Virus record (IMG/VR): IMGVR_UViG_3300037629_000004
Span: 1-35,700 of that record
Origin: a virus
Lineage: Duplodnaviria > Caudoviricetes
Reading direction: 5' to 3' (one strand)
Length of the DNA: 35,700 nt
Both the position numbers and the translations under genes were made by a program. The notes beneath the pieces are model-generated. The model did not search any database and was not told the DNA's origin. It worked only from the letters and a program-made list of their open reading frames with translations. Shown here one piece after another: positions 25,524 to 35,668 of this stretch (its first letter is position 1; every line of letters starts with the position of its first letter).

Positions 25524-26912
25524 TTAACTTACCTCCCACAAAATATTAACCACATTCGATGCCACTGTTCCGGTCTTTGTCCATGTGATGATTATGTTTG
25601 TTGCATCAACCGTAATGATACCTGACTGTTTATTTGCACCATTAAACGGACTTGTTGTTCCAAGTGCTGTAAATCCTAATTCCTGAGTTGCCGAACTATA
25701 AATGTTATCAATGGTAGCCGTTGTTGCTCCCTCTGTCATACATATTGAAATGCCGGAGTGGTTTGTTCCATCATAAACACCATTGCATATTTGCGATAAT
25801 GTTGCTGCAAAAACACAATGAGCCGTTACCCTGACAATCTTTGGCACTCTTCCAAGTCCATGCGGTATATTTTGAATAGTTGAAGCATCTGTTATGTTTT
25901 TTGTGGCGATTCCGCACTTGAAAGTATTTGGATGGTCGTTGGCGTTACTGTGGTCAAGGCTATTGCTGTGCCGCTTTGTAACAGCATCAGCAAGGTTGAC
26001 TTCCGTCTGCGTATAAGAATCAAGCGTAGATTTATTGGAATGACTGTGATCTAACGTATTTGCATGATCTAAGTTATTGGAGTGTTTTTTACTTATCGCA
26101 TCTGAAACATCAACATCTGCTTTAACTGTTGCCAATGCCACCGCATTACTTGGTGCATGTGCGCCCGCTGCATGAGTAACAGCACCATCATAAGAGGCTT
26201 TTAAACCAACAGTCAAATCATTTGATGAAAGCCCCTTCCCTGTTTCTTTAGGTTGAAGCCCCGTTAGGTCCTGATTATCACTCCCCGGTGCATGAATAAG
26301 GGCTAAAAGGGTATCGGTAATAAATTTATGAGTAGCATCCTCGGTGATCATCGTAGCCGGATGAGTTGCCGGATGTGTGTACCCTGCCGGGGGATGAGCA
26401 ACAAGATAATCAGATATAGCAGTAGCAATAACCCCTGAATCAATTCCCGGGATATAAATTAACTCATACCATAACCCAGTAGTATGTTCCTGTCCTATAT
26501 CAATGAATATAAATTTTATAGCCTGGTATTCCAATAAAGTTACTGTTGAACTTTGTACTCCGCTCCTGACAAAATTAACTCCATTGCCATTAATCACAAA
26601 TCTATTCTTTGTCGGATTAAGAAACGCCACCTCCGTCCCTCTTATAATAGAGGTAACAGGGGGAAGTGTTAATGTCGTTGTAAGTGTATCACCATCGAGA
26701 ACATATAAAGGAGAATCAATTAATTGGAGTACTATATCATTCTGCACCCGGTAAGGGAGTTTTATGTCTGTGTCACTCTTAGGTCCAGTCGGTGCAAAAT
26801 ATTCAAGAGGCTTTGAATTTAATGTTTCGGCATTTATCCCCTTTATAGCGGCAATATCCTTATAAACCCTTCTGCCGTTTTCAACTACTAATATGAAATT
26901 ATGCTCTGCCAT
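25524..26912 (-). CDS. Tail fibre-like protein
   Basis: THPATHPATMI, GKGLSSND, His-rich HSN repeats, HGLGRVP (H-type-lectin-like) C-terminus. Confidence 0.7.
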   Translation of the reverse strand: MAEHNFILVVENGRRVYKDIAAIKGINAETLNSKPLEYFAPTGPKSDTDIKLPYRVQNDIVLQLIDSPLYVLDGDTLTTTLTLPPVTSIIRGTEVAFLNPTKNRFVINGNGVNFVRSGVQSSTVTLLEYQAIKFIFIDIGQEHTTGLWYELIYIPGIDSGVIATAISDYLVAHPPAGYTHPATHPATMITEDATHKFITDTLLALIHAPGSDNQDLTGLQPKETGKGLSSNDLTVGLKASYDGAVTHAAGAHAPSNAVALATVKADVDVSDAISKKHSNNLDHANTLDHSHSNKSTLDSYTQTEVNLADAVTKRHSNSLDHSNANDHPNTFKCGIATKNITDASTIQNIPHGLGRVPKIVRVTAHCVFAATLSQICNGVYDGTNHSGISICMTEGATTATIDNIYSSATQELGFTALGTTSPFNGANKQSGIITVDATNIIITWTKTGTVASNVVNILWEVS

Positions 26913-28897
26913 TACGTTTTCAAGATTAGTTCCAATTCACAGGTATTCCCGTCTGAAGTGATTTTCTGCAAGAAGAAGTAATGATCGTTATTCTCGATAG
27001 TAATCTTATAAACGGGGCGAAATCCTTCGCTTGTAGCAGTTGTCACAACAGTAAAAAACTGAGTCAGCATTCCCGGCTTAACCTTCATGCGGATAGTAAA
27101 TAACTTTCCTTTGTCGATGTAATGATAGAATTTCATCAGATAACCTGAGTAAATATCTGACCATAATAACCCCTCAACTTTAGGATATGTGTTCTTTAAA
27201 ACCCCACCATAATACCATGATAAACCAGCTGTCATTCCGTCCCATTTAACCAATCGGGTATTGAAATTTACTAATCGATCAAACACAGTTAATCCCGGAA
27301 CTACTTCTTCTTTATGTATTTTAGGAGTATTAATATAACTCGCAATTACCGCATTGTTCCCAGTAATGATAGAAGAAAATAGATGCTCTTTTGTTTCTAT
27401 TCCGGGTTTTGAATAAATAGAAGTCATTGTTATATCTTTTGTCCCGGGACTTACTCCTGTTTTAAGATACTCATTATAAGCATAATCAGACGTGTCATCC
27501 TTCCATTTTAGAGATGTTATTTTAGAGTAATAATTAGATATTAATTCCGGTTCCTTGTTTTCAAAATCTATATAATTTGTTAAATCAATGACAGTAGAAG
27601 TTAAAAACTGATCCCACGGCTCGATATAAATTACCTGTCTGAATTTATCCATCCAGAACCGAAGATTATAAATATCCCGAATTGCGGAAAGAAAGTCAAG
27701 TTGTGACATATTTGGAAGTATAGCCTCTGCCTCAATATTCTTTAAAAGCCCTGAATATTTATTAACATTTGTCCAGATAAGTTCAAGTGTAGCTGAATCA
27801 ATCCCATATTGAACAGTGCAATCAGTTGTAAGTGAATTATTTGTAGCTTCAAAATATAGAGATAGATAGGTTGTAATTTCCTCGTCTTTCGTAAAGTGCA
27901 TGTAACCAGTATCTAATATTGTGGTCAACCCTCCGATAGTACTATCACCATACGTTGCAGTGAACTCTTTTAACGTCCCCCTTGTTGATGAAACTATCCT
28001 AACTATTATATCCGTTCTTGTCCATGTTATAGCGACAGTTGGCGTGCGAATGCATTTTGTTAAAATTGTGAATTTAAATCTGTAAGTACCAGTTTCAGGA
28101 ATGAAATAAGTACTCCCCGCTCCCATCTTTCCCGCTTCATCCAGTGTTACAACAAAATTTTCAATAGGATTCCAGATATTAGTATCTGACCCCGATGTAT
28201 TGGCAAGTAACAAGTAACTATCCAAATCATCGACTGTAATAGAGGCATTTAAACCCTTATTATTTATAAAATCATTAACACTAATTGATTCTTTTGCAAG
28301 TATAAATAAATCCTTTATTGCACTAAGAGAAAGAAAAGTAGATGAAATGGTATAGGGTTTTAATATTTCGGTCATTAACTGAGTAACGCTGAACATTGGA
28401 ATAAAATCATTCGGCAGCCAGTTAGCAGTTGGCCCGGTCTCTCCAGATGTTAATGCCCCAAAGTTAATCAGCGGATAGCGATAAAAAGGATATACAGCAG
28501 ACCAACTATTTTCAACATTGGCAGCAGTAAATGAATGATCATATGCCGAAAGATCAAGATCAGAAAGTTTTTTATTCTTTATTGTTTCTATCCAGTCATC
28601 GGAATTGATAATTATCTTAATATACTGATCTGAACCTCCTGTTATCTGAATTGCCCCTTTGATGATAAGCAGTTCATCAAGATATAAATATCCTTTCTTG
28701 TCTGTCTCGGTCTTAACGTCAGGGCGTGAAATAAAAGAAAGGAGTCTTTTATTTGTCTTTGTGAGTGGTATGTTTAAAGTATAAGTCTTGTTACTATTGC
28801 CAAAACCCAACTCTCTGACATCGCCAATAGAAAACATGACATTAAATACCTCATTGAAGTCTGCTTGTTCAGATCCAAAATAGAGTTTAATATTCAT
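26912..28897 (-). CDS. Tail tip/hub protein
   Basis: TYTLNIPLTKTN, YPLINFG and LPNMSQLDFL patterns of Bacteroidota phage tail proteins. Confidence 0.6.
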   Translation of the reverse strand: MNIKLYFGSEQADFNEVFNVMFSIGDVRELGFGNSNKTYTLNIPLTKTNKRLLSFISRPDVKTETDKKGYLYLDELLIIKGAIQITGGSDQYIKIIINSDDWIETIKNKKLSDLDLSAYDHSFTAANVENSWSAVYPFYRYPLINFGALTSGETGPTANWLPNDFIPMFSVTQLMTEILKPYTISSTFLSLSAIKDLFILAKESISVNDFINNKGLNASITVDDLDSYLLLANTSGSDTNIWNPIENFVVTLDEAGKMGAGSTYFIPETGTYRFKFTILTKCIRTPTVAITWTRTDIIVRIVSSTRGTLKEFTATYGDSTIGGLTTILDTGYMHFTKDEEITTYLSLYFEATNNSLTTDCTVQYGIDSATLELIWTNVNKYSGLLKNIEAEAILPNMSQLDFLSAIRDIYNLRFWMDKFRQVIYIEPWDQFLTSTVIDLTNYIDFENKEPELISNYYSKITSLKWKDDTSDYAYNEYLKTGVSPGTKDITMTSIYSKPGIETKEHLFSSIITGNNAVIASYINTPKIHKEEVVPGLTVFDRLVNFNTRLVKWDGMTAGLSWYYGGVLKNTYPKVEGLLWSDIYSGYLMKFYHYIDKGKLFTIRMKVKPGMLTQFFTVVTTATSEGFRPVYKITIENNDHYFFLQKITSDGNTCELELILKT

Positions 28898-30311
28898 ATT
28901 CTATTTCCAATCGGTTCGTGAAAAACTCCCTGCCCTTGTCGATGATCACGCTATCCGTTACTATCGTCACCGGGGTCGGAGCCGCATAACTGGCTTCCAG
29001 TTTCTTAACATCGTCAGAGATCATCAGGCTCTTCAGATATTCTGCATTGGCAATATCTTTAAACCTTGTTTCAATTCTCTGCCTGTTTGTCCCCGTCAGT
29101 GAAATCGGTTTACGCATCTTCTTAGCAGTGGTAAAATAATCCCTGACAGTTGCAAACTCAATATCCTTGATCCCCTCAAAAGCAAGATATTCCTTGCCCC
29201 CGACAAGCCCGTTATATTCAAGCACGACCCGTTCATCAATCTGTGAGGCATCGGGATAGATGGTCAATACCTCCGATATTTCATTGCCGGATATGTCCTT
29301 CATCTGTATTCTCAGTGATGTTGTAACTGTTGACATTAATTCACCAACATTGATGATAATAACACCCCAGCCTTCATAACAAACCGGGTGAGTGGTATGA
29401 GCATAACCGGCTCCGTCCTTTGAATAGAAAAGTTCCATGTCAACAAGTTCGCTGAAAAACAACAGCCAGTATTCATTAGGTACAGGAGTAAAGAACTTGC
29501 AGATGTTATTTCTCAGGGTCTTGCTTGCAAATAGTGAGGCATCATTTGTAAGCAGATAACTTGCTATGCTCTCAAGCGCAGGGACATAACGATAAAGACA
29601 CGATGCAGATGTTGCCCCGGTAGTCGTCACCCCTGCCGCATCCTCATATACTTCTGTGAAATTTACAAAGTAAGGAGCAAGGGGACTGCCTATCGTGGTT
29701 CGGTTGGTAGTTATCTTGTATAGATTAAAAGTCCCTGCAAAGTTCTCGCTTGTAGTTCCTCCGAGTATGACCTTTAGGTTTGCCGTAGTAGTAGGCATTA
29801 AAAGAACTCCTACATTTCCCGCTACAACTTCCATTTTTGCCCCTCCTGCCTCAAGTTTTACCTGTGGCGATGTTCCACTTGCTGCTAAATCGGGGCAATA
29901 GAATAGATATAATTCTCCCGGAGCCATCGCAATAGCGTTACTCTCCAGTTCTGAAAGCACTGTACAGATCGCCGAAGAAATAGCATTGACAGATGTTGTT
30001 AAGGTAGTCCACGTCCCCGACCTTGAAGCCCATGAGGTTATTAATTGACTACCTATCGATCCCGTCTTTACAATATCTCCTGAGTCCCTGGCAAAGAGCA
30101 TTCCCGGAACCAGCGACTTGAGAATATCAGAAAAGTCAAATGAATCAATCCCTTTGGGTTTTTCAACAGTGGCTTTGATGATTCCTTCATGGTAAATATC
30201 TGCCCTGACTCTGAGATTAACATGAGTGGAATCTTCAACGAGTGAAGTGACGACAGAAAACAAAGTTGCTTTGTCTATTCTATTGGGGGCGCTATTTAAA
30301 GTCAGAGACAT
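28887..30311 (-). CDS. Distal-tail-like structural protein
   Basis: FDFSDILKS, YNGLVGGKEYLAF and LMISDDV patterns; gene position. Confidence 0.5.
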   Translation of the reverse strand: MSLTLNSAPNRIDKATLFSVVTSLVEDSTHVNLRVRADIYHEGIIKATVEKPKGIDSFDFSDILKSLVPGMLFARDSGDIVKTGSIGSQLITSWASRSGTWTTLTTSVNAISSAICTVLSELESNAIAMAPGELYLFYCPDLAASGTSPQVKLEAGGAKMEVVAGNVGVLLMPTTTANLKVILGGTTSENFAGTFNLYKITTNRTTIGSPLAPYFVNFTEVYEDAAGVTTTGATSASCLYRYVPALESIASYLLTNDASLFASKTLRNNICKFFTPVPNEYWLLFFSELVDMELFYSKDGAGYAHTTHPVCYEGWGVIIINVGELMSTVTTSLRIQMKDISGNEISEVLTIYPDASQIDERVVLEYNGLVGGKEYLAFEGIKDIEFATVRDYFTTAKKMRKPISLTGTNRQRIETRFKDIANAEYLKSLMISDDVKKLEASYAAPTPVTIVTDSVIIDKGREFFTNRLEIEYEY

Positions 30312-30314
30312 GGT

Positions 30315-30860
30315 TTAGTTTTTATTTAACTCGGCTTGCCACTTGTTGATCAAGACATCGAACTTTGCAACAAGTAGATTATATGACATATCGCTTACTG
30401 CTTCGCTGATCTTATCCTCATTTCTCTTAAAGGCTTCCTCTACCCAGTCAAGTCTTTTGCCGGTACTTGAAAATGAATAACTGCCCCGTGTGGGCATTCC
30501 CTCTTTCTTCTGAGTGTGAGCAATGGCAAAGGCAATACTCAGCGACCTCTTTTCATCATTAACATTCATTCGTGCCTTAACGTAGTTCTGGAGGGCTGCA
30601 ATGTAAAGCGATGTCCCCCCCCTGCCAGTCCTTCCGGAAAACGGGATCTTTGCTGATTTGACCCCTGCTGCCTGAATATTGGCATACGGATACATGAAGC
30701 CGGAGAGTATAAGTTTATCTGTTTCCTGCTTAACTTTATATTCGATCTCACGAACCACTTTACCATTCATAGAATGCCCTTGCGCTTCCCATTCATTAAG
30801 AAGTGCCTCATTGAGAATTTGCTCTAAGCGTTCTATTGATGTACCTATATTCATCAGCAA
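30315..30860 (-). CDS. Neck/tail-completion protein (HK97 gp10-like)
   Basis: SIAFAIAHTQKKEG motif; gene position. Confidence 0.55.
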   Translation of the reverse strand: MLMNIGTSIERLEQILNEALLNEWEAQGHSMNGKVVREIEYKVKQETDKLILSGFMYPYANIQAAGVKSAKIPFSGRTGRGGTSLYIAALQNYVKARMNVNDEKRSLSIAFAIAHTQKKEGMPTRGSYSFSSTGKRLDWVEEAFKRNEDKISEAVSDMSYNLLVAKFDVLINKWQAELNKN

Positions 30861-31279
30861 TATAATCTAAGTGTCACTTCATACGAAACCCCGATCTCAT
30901 GTTCAGGATCTCTGGCTCCAAGTCCGTAATAAACTCCGCTCAGTTCGTTGATATTTACAATCTCCATCTTGCTGTTAGCATCCATTGCCCGAAGATAAAC
31001 ATCAAGATAGCCCTCTATCTGATCCCAGACAGTAATCTTATCCTGACTATTAGGATCATAAAGTTGCATCCCAAATACCTTCAGATTTATTGTTTTGGCT
31101 GGCTGAACAGGTGATGTGCGAATATCCTTTTTAAACTTTGCGCCTCCGAGTTCCCAAAGAACGGCAGGATAGGCGATAACCCGGGATGTTCTTAAATACT
31201 CCTCCCAATCAAATATGACTTCAGCGATTGATGTTCCTGTCAGTACCGAGAGATTGTTTTTGAGAACTGTTAATGTCAT
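30854..31279 (-). CDS. Tail terminator-like protein
   Basis: 141 aa; YPAV motif; gene position. Confidence 0.55.
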   Translation of the reverse strand: MTLTVLKNNLSVLTGTSIAEVIFDWEEYLRTSRVIAYPAVLWELGGAKFKKDIRTSPVQPAKTINLKVFGMQLYDPNSQDKITVWDQIEGYLDVYLRAMDANSKMEIVNINELSGVYYGLGARDPEHEIGVSYEVTLRLYC

Positions 31280-31365
31280 TTTTTAACTGTATTAAATATT
31301 GCCGTCCTTTTTCGTTTAACTCGCATTCACACAAAGCGTTCAAAATATGCTCAATCATCCTTACC

Positions 31366-32285
31366 TTAGTCTCTCTGATTAACCGATCTCTGGAAAGCCA
31401 GGTAATGATATGCCTCATAAATCTTCGTTCTCTCCACTTCTTCAACTTTACCAAGTCCTCCATAACCGGCTATTTCATATATCAATCCACGACTGCCAAA
31501 GCGTGATAGATCCGCACCCTTTCTACTGTCTCTCGGATTTGTTTTGGCAGACTTCCAAATAACCGGGTAATCATTGTATAGTCGGGTAGTCGTCTGACAG
31601 TGTAAAAAAAAACCGACCAGACAATAGACATAGGAACCTTCATCATCAACTCCTCTCTTTCGAGTGCTTTCTTTTCATCGTACTGTTCTCCTTTTTTACG
31701 GCAATAAATAGCCATGAAAAGAGCGAGCCGTTTAATATTATCCTTACCTATATTCATTCCCTTTATAAGGTCAGATGCTTCACTGTATGTTATCAGCGGC
31801 TCTTCTGCCAGCGGGATAACCTGATCGAGTATCTGAACCGAATGAGGTAATCTGAATGTCTGCCTATCAATCCTGAACTTAGTTATTGTCTTAGGCGTAT
31901 AGAACTTAATCTGTCCCATGTAATGAATAACTGGAGTATGATAGACTAGAGATAAGACAAATGGCTTAAAGAAATATTCGTAGCGTTTGTTTATTAATTC
32001 ATCCGACACCTGATTAAGTAATGACATCGGAGCATCTGATAAACATGCAATCACTTTGCGGAAATAAGCAGGAAACGCATCATTCAACTGTTCATCGGTG
32101 ATCTTTGAAAGGGCATTGATATATTCATCAATGGTATCAGAAGAAAACTTACCATCGGCAATGATATATGACTCATAACCTTCCGGCATAGGGATAGCAG
32201 CAAGTTCACAGAACTTACTTAAGGATAGTTCTTCCCATGAGTAGATCCCCTTGTATTTTTTGCCGTTTAAAGTTATTCTTATCAT
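31366..32285 (-). CDS. -1 frameshifted tail assembly chaperone (gpGT-like, ~306 aa)
   Basis: T-TTT-TTT at 31611-31605; the -1 frame is open for 79 codons to TAA at 31368-31366. Confidence 0.7.
31482..32285 (-). CDS. Tail assembly chaperone (gpG-like)
   Basis: SWEELSL N-terminus; LALFMAIYC motif; slippery T9 run at SVFF. Confidence 0.65.
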   Translation of the reverse strand: MIRITLNGKKYKGIYSWEELSLSKFCELAAIPMPEGYESYIIADGKFSSDTIDEYINALSKITDEQLNDAFPAYFRKVIACLSDAPMSLLNQVSDELINKRYEYFFKPFVLSLVYHTPVIHYMGQIKFYTPKTITKFRIDRQTFRLPHSVQILDQVIPLAEEPLITYSEASDLIKGMNIGKDNIKRLALFMAIYCRKKGEQYDEKKALEREELMMKVPMSIVWSVFFYTVRRLPDYTMITRLFGSLPKQIRETVERVRIYHALAVVD

Positions 32286-32310
32286 ATATTTTCATTGTGC
32301 AAGGACGACA

Positions 32311-34683
32311 CTAATATTTATTTACAAGTCTCGACATTACCATATTTTTATCCAAAGTATAGGCACTTAAAAACTTAATTGTTTTAGTCGCACCCCAGCA
32401 ATATATCTGCCCATTTTTGGCAAGATTTGCTGTCCCATATTTGAATTGCGGTCTTATAACCGGCTCGCTTTCAAAATAAGTTATTGTATCATCCGATGGA
32501 TCAATTTCCATAATAAATTCATAAGCGCAAGGAACCATATAAATTTTACCATTTGCCCCAAGTATAGTCATTGCAAAATTTTCTCCATTGGTTACTGCAT
32601 TACAAGCCAAATAACTAACAGTATCATTATTGGTGTTTATTTTAAGAATGCGAGGATCATTGTAGGGGGTGCAATAAATAATTCCGTCCTTAGTACACAC
32701 ACCTGACCACCAGTTAAATATTGCCCTGTTGAATGAACCGAACTCTGTTATTGAATCATCGGCAGGATTGATTTTTGCAACTTTGTTGTATTTATTTGGG
32801 ATCGCATAGATATAACCATTAGGAGCCAATACAAGTCCTGCGAACAATCCGTCTGGAGAAGATATGGTATAAGCAGAACCGAACTCTGCCATACTGTCAT
32901 CGGTAGTATCTATCTTTAAAAATTTAGTTTGTTCAAATGGTGCAACATAGATATATTTACCATATCGTAAGCAGGAATAATAAGCCGATGCCGTTGCGTT
33001 TGTTCCAAATTTAGCTATTGTTTCTGTTGTAGGATCAAACTTTATAAAGTCTGTTGCATTAAATGGAACACCATAAATAAATCCATTTTCTCCCATACAT
33101 GCGCATCCGTACTTGTGAACACCCACACCAAAAGAACCTGCGCCAATAATGCTTAAAGTATCGGTATTAGTATCTATCTTAAGCATCCCATCATAAATAA
33201 ATGGCATGGCGTAAATATTACCCTTGTCTGTTAGCACACCTCCTGCGAAGTTTTCAACAGTATTATAAGATGTTGAAAGATTTGTCACCGCTCTAGTTTG
33301 CCCGGTTACTATTTTAAATTGGTTGAGTGTTTTCAGGATATCAGCAATCGCAAAGGTTAGTTTGTTCCAGAATGGATAATTCCAAGTTGAGAGATCCCCA
33401 CAGTAAGCAAGTGCCTGATTTATCTTACTTATAGGTTGATTTGCAGTCATTACAATTATCTCTTTGATCTTTGTCCATGTATAGTGATCCATTGAATTGG
33501 AACCTGTCTTGATAAATGCAATTCCCTCATAACCCGTATTTGCCCATGCCTGAAACTTATTGAAGTCATGTTCCGAGACGTGCCATTGTTTTTTCGTAGT
33601 TGCCGAAGTGGAATCATAATACGTTGTTGCCCCCCTTGCGAGTGCGTTCCAGATAGTTGCATTTGACCTATCCCAGAATGCGAGTGAATGTTGAATCATT
33701 GCATCTGTATAGTTGACATTTAAAGCATCTCCGGCAAAATCACCAACGGTCTCAAAACCCGAAGGATTAGCAACAGTATGATTATATGTCCCTCCTGAAA
33801 TCTTCGGAACGGATTGATATTTTAAAGTTGCATTATTTCTTAAAAGAGTATGTCCATTATCGAGGCAGTAAGTTGAACCATAAGCAGAATAAATCTTTGT
33901 TGGCGCAATAGTTGCCCCCGCTCCTGAATTTTGCCATGCCGCACTATTAGAAGCATCCAATATATCATAGGCATAAGAAAGATTATTAAAAATATATTTT
34001 CTTAGCCATGTAAAGGTACTTCCCGAAACTGTGCCTATATAACCCTCGGAACAATCCCATGAACCGAATATAACAGCAGAGGCGTAATTGAGTTTTACGA
34101 AAGTCAATGTTTTGCCTGGCGTTCCTGTAAAGGATGCGGTAACGGTAACTTTCGGAGTAACCGTATTAATTACATTAAGAATAGAGGCATCGGTTAATGC
34201 AGTTGAAGGATCGACCACCCATAATTTTTTATTATAAGCTATAAAAACATGGTAATTAGTATCGGCATTCTCAGCACCCGAATTATCGTTATTTCCCCAT
34301 CCGAAATACCATTTACCCGTATATCCTGATGCCCCCCATGCAAAATAACCCTGTGCGTCATCGAACTCACCCATTGCACCATAATTACTTGCGGCAGGCA
34401 GTGTATTTATTCTTCCCCTGAAAACCATTATTGTTGTCGCACCCGGCACAATTCCTGAATCAACATAATAACCATTGGCATAATTGGTCTTTACTGTTGA
34501 ATAAAGAGGAAGTAATAAACTCGCATCATTCACCGATGGAGTAATGGAGTTAGGTAGTGTCAATCCTGATCTTGTATTCTCTTTGTACCAAAAATCGCTT
34601 CGTTTCGTACAGTACGAACTCCACAACTGACCACCAACACCTACGGTTGATACCCCAGTACCCAATGCCGATTTTGTTCCCAT
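32311..34683 (-). CDS. Fibre/spike protein with C-terminal beta-propeller (putative receptor-binding protein)
   Basis: About 7 repeats of NGxIYxxP...KIDxxxDT; LGTGV N-terminal motif. Confidence 0.65.
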   Translation of the reverse strand: MGTKSALGTGVSTVGVGGQLWSSYCTKRSDFWYKENTRSGLTLPNSITPSVNDASLLLPLYSTVKTNYANGYYVDSGIVPGATTIMVFRGRINTLPAASNYGAMGEFDDAQGYFAWGASGYTGKWYFGWGNNDNSGAENADTNYHVFIAYNKKLWVVDPSTALTDASILNVINTVTPKVTVTASFTGTPGKTLTFVKLNYASAVIFGSWDCSEGYIGTVSGSTFTWLRKYIFNNLSYAYDILDASNSAAWQNSGAGATIAPTKIYSAYGSTYCLDNGHTLLRNNATLKYQSVPKISGGTYNHTVANPSGFETVGDFAGDALNVNYTDAMIQHSLAFWDRSNATIWNALARGATTYYDSTSATTKKQWHVSEHDFNKFQAWANTGYEGIAFIKTGSNSMDHYTWTKIKEIIVMTANQPISKINQALAYCGDLSTWNYPFWNKLTFAIADILKTLNQFKIVTGQTRAVTNLSTSYNTVENFAGGVLTDKGNIYAMPFIYDGMLKIDTNTDTLSIIGAGSFGVGVHKYGCACMGENGFIYGVPFNATDFIKFDPTTETIAKFGTNATASAYYSCLRYGKYIYVAPFEQTKFLKIDTTDDSMAEFGSAYTISSPDGLFAGLVLAPNGYIYAIPNKYNKVAKINPADDSITEFGSFNRAIFNWWSGVCTKDGIIYCTPYNDPRILKINTNNDTVSYLACNAVTNGENFAMTILGANGKIYMVPCAYEFIMEIDPSDDTITYFESEPVIRPQFKYGTANLAKNGQIYCWGATKTIKFLSAYTLDKNMVMSRLVNKY

Positions 34684-34687
34684 GATC

Positions 34688-35035
34688 TTATGCGCTTATC
34701 TGTGTCTTGGTCATAAAGCAATGCAGACTGCCCGATGTGAGTTTTATCGAAGTGATGATATATCCCTTTACCCGGTAGATGCACCCTGCAAATTCTGGAT
34801 CTGAAACAGTGGTAAGAAACAAGGCGCTTATATCAACCTCTGCGGCTCTGATTGCTGCCAGATTAGCACAGACAGTGTTAATAGGCACTCCCTTGATGGT
34901 ATCCATCACGGCACCATCAGAGGCATTAAACCCCCAGTACTGCTTGTTGACAACAGCAGTCGTGCCGGTTATATCAAAGGACCCTCCCCTGGCAAGTAGT
35001 TCATCGGTCTGTGAATCGTATTTTAAAGTAGCCAT
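34688..35035 (-). CDS. Putative spike-base protein
   Basis: 115 aa, beta-rich, AG...ITSIKLTSGS C-terminus; directly precedes the 790-aa protein. Confidence 0.45.
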   Translation of the reverse strand: MATLKYDSQTDELLARGGSFDITGTTAVVNKQYWGFNASDGAVMDTIKGVPINTVCANLAAIRAAEVDISALFLTTVSDPEFAGCIYRVKGYIITSIKLTSGSLHCFMTKTQISA

Positions 35036-35053
35036 AGTATTGTTTTTTAATTA

Positions 35054-35668
35054 TTAAATTCCAAAAGCATTAGTGTTCCAAAGTGGCGTGAATATCCAGT
35101 CCGGGTAATCGGTTTTATTGGCAAAAAGAAAGTTATATGCAGAGGCATCAACATTGAAAACACAGGGCAGGTTTGTACCTAGTATCGGCCTTGTGTAAAC
35201 GGGTTTATATTCAGCAGGTATCTTGCCATAAAGTTCCCTCATTCTCTCCCATGCGGCACATAATTTATTGACAGCAGAAACCCTCTCCCATCCATTGCCC
35301 GAAGAAGCCATACTGATCCCGGAGCCGTAGAGCCTTGTTATATCCCTCTCCACGTACTTGAAGAAGACATAATAGGCAATGAGCGACTGCAAACCCGTAT
35401 TCTTTAAACCCTCCCATTTGATAGTGTAGTCATACCCGTTAAAGGAATGAGTGAATGCCTTGCCGTTGACCAGGTCAATATATTTCTGTGTGACAGGCAC
35501 TCCATTTGACAGGTCGGCGATAAGCAATGAATAGAGTTTATAACCGAGCAGCGAGATCAGTATTTCTTTTTCGTACTGAGCAATAGCCTGCGCAAGTGAT
35601 GTGTCGCTTGTCGGCAGGGTCGGGATATTGATTTCTCCAACAAAATATGTACTGTCAATGAATGCCAT
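35054..35668 (-). CDS. Head-tail adaptor-like protein
   Basis: Helical protein; EKEILISLLGYKLY...LIAYYVF pattern; position after the head genes on the circle. Confidence 0.6.
   Translation of the reverse strand: MAFIDSTYFVGEINIPTLPTSDTSLAQAIAQYEKEILISLLGYKLYSLLIADLSNGVPVTQKYIDLVNGKAFTHSFNGYDYTIKWEGLKNTGLQSLIAYYVFFKYVERDITRLYGSGISMASSGNGWERVSAVNKLCAAWERMRELYGKIPAEYKPVYTRPILGTNLPCVFNVDASAYNFLFANKTDYPDWIFTPLWNTNAFGI

Noticed and set aside
10852-25539. Long N-terminal extensions in track ORFs 10852..11175, 18918..19148, 20668..20997, 20918..21292 and 23488..25539
   Set aside because: They overlap neighbouring genes; downstream ATGs give tight, typical packing.
31221-31463. 80-aa ORF from the track
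   Set aside because: It overlaps the more protein-like -1 frame chaperone extension and the next gene; probably spurious.
25524-34683. Diversity-generating retroelement or invertible fibre cassette
   Set aside because: No reverse transcriptase or invertase, and no template/variable repeat pair seen.
89-35057. All plus-strand ORFs in the track (e.g. 544..969, 3178..3654, 15648..16271, 16784..16972, 19960..20178)
   Set aside because: They are antisense shadows of well-supported minus-strand genes or regulatory regions, with no recognisable motifs.
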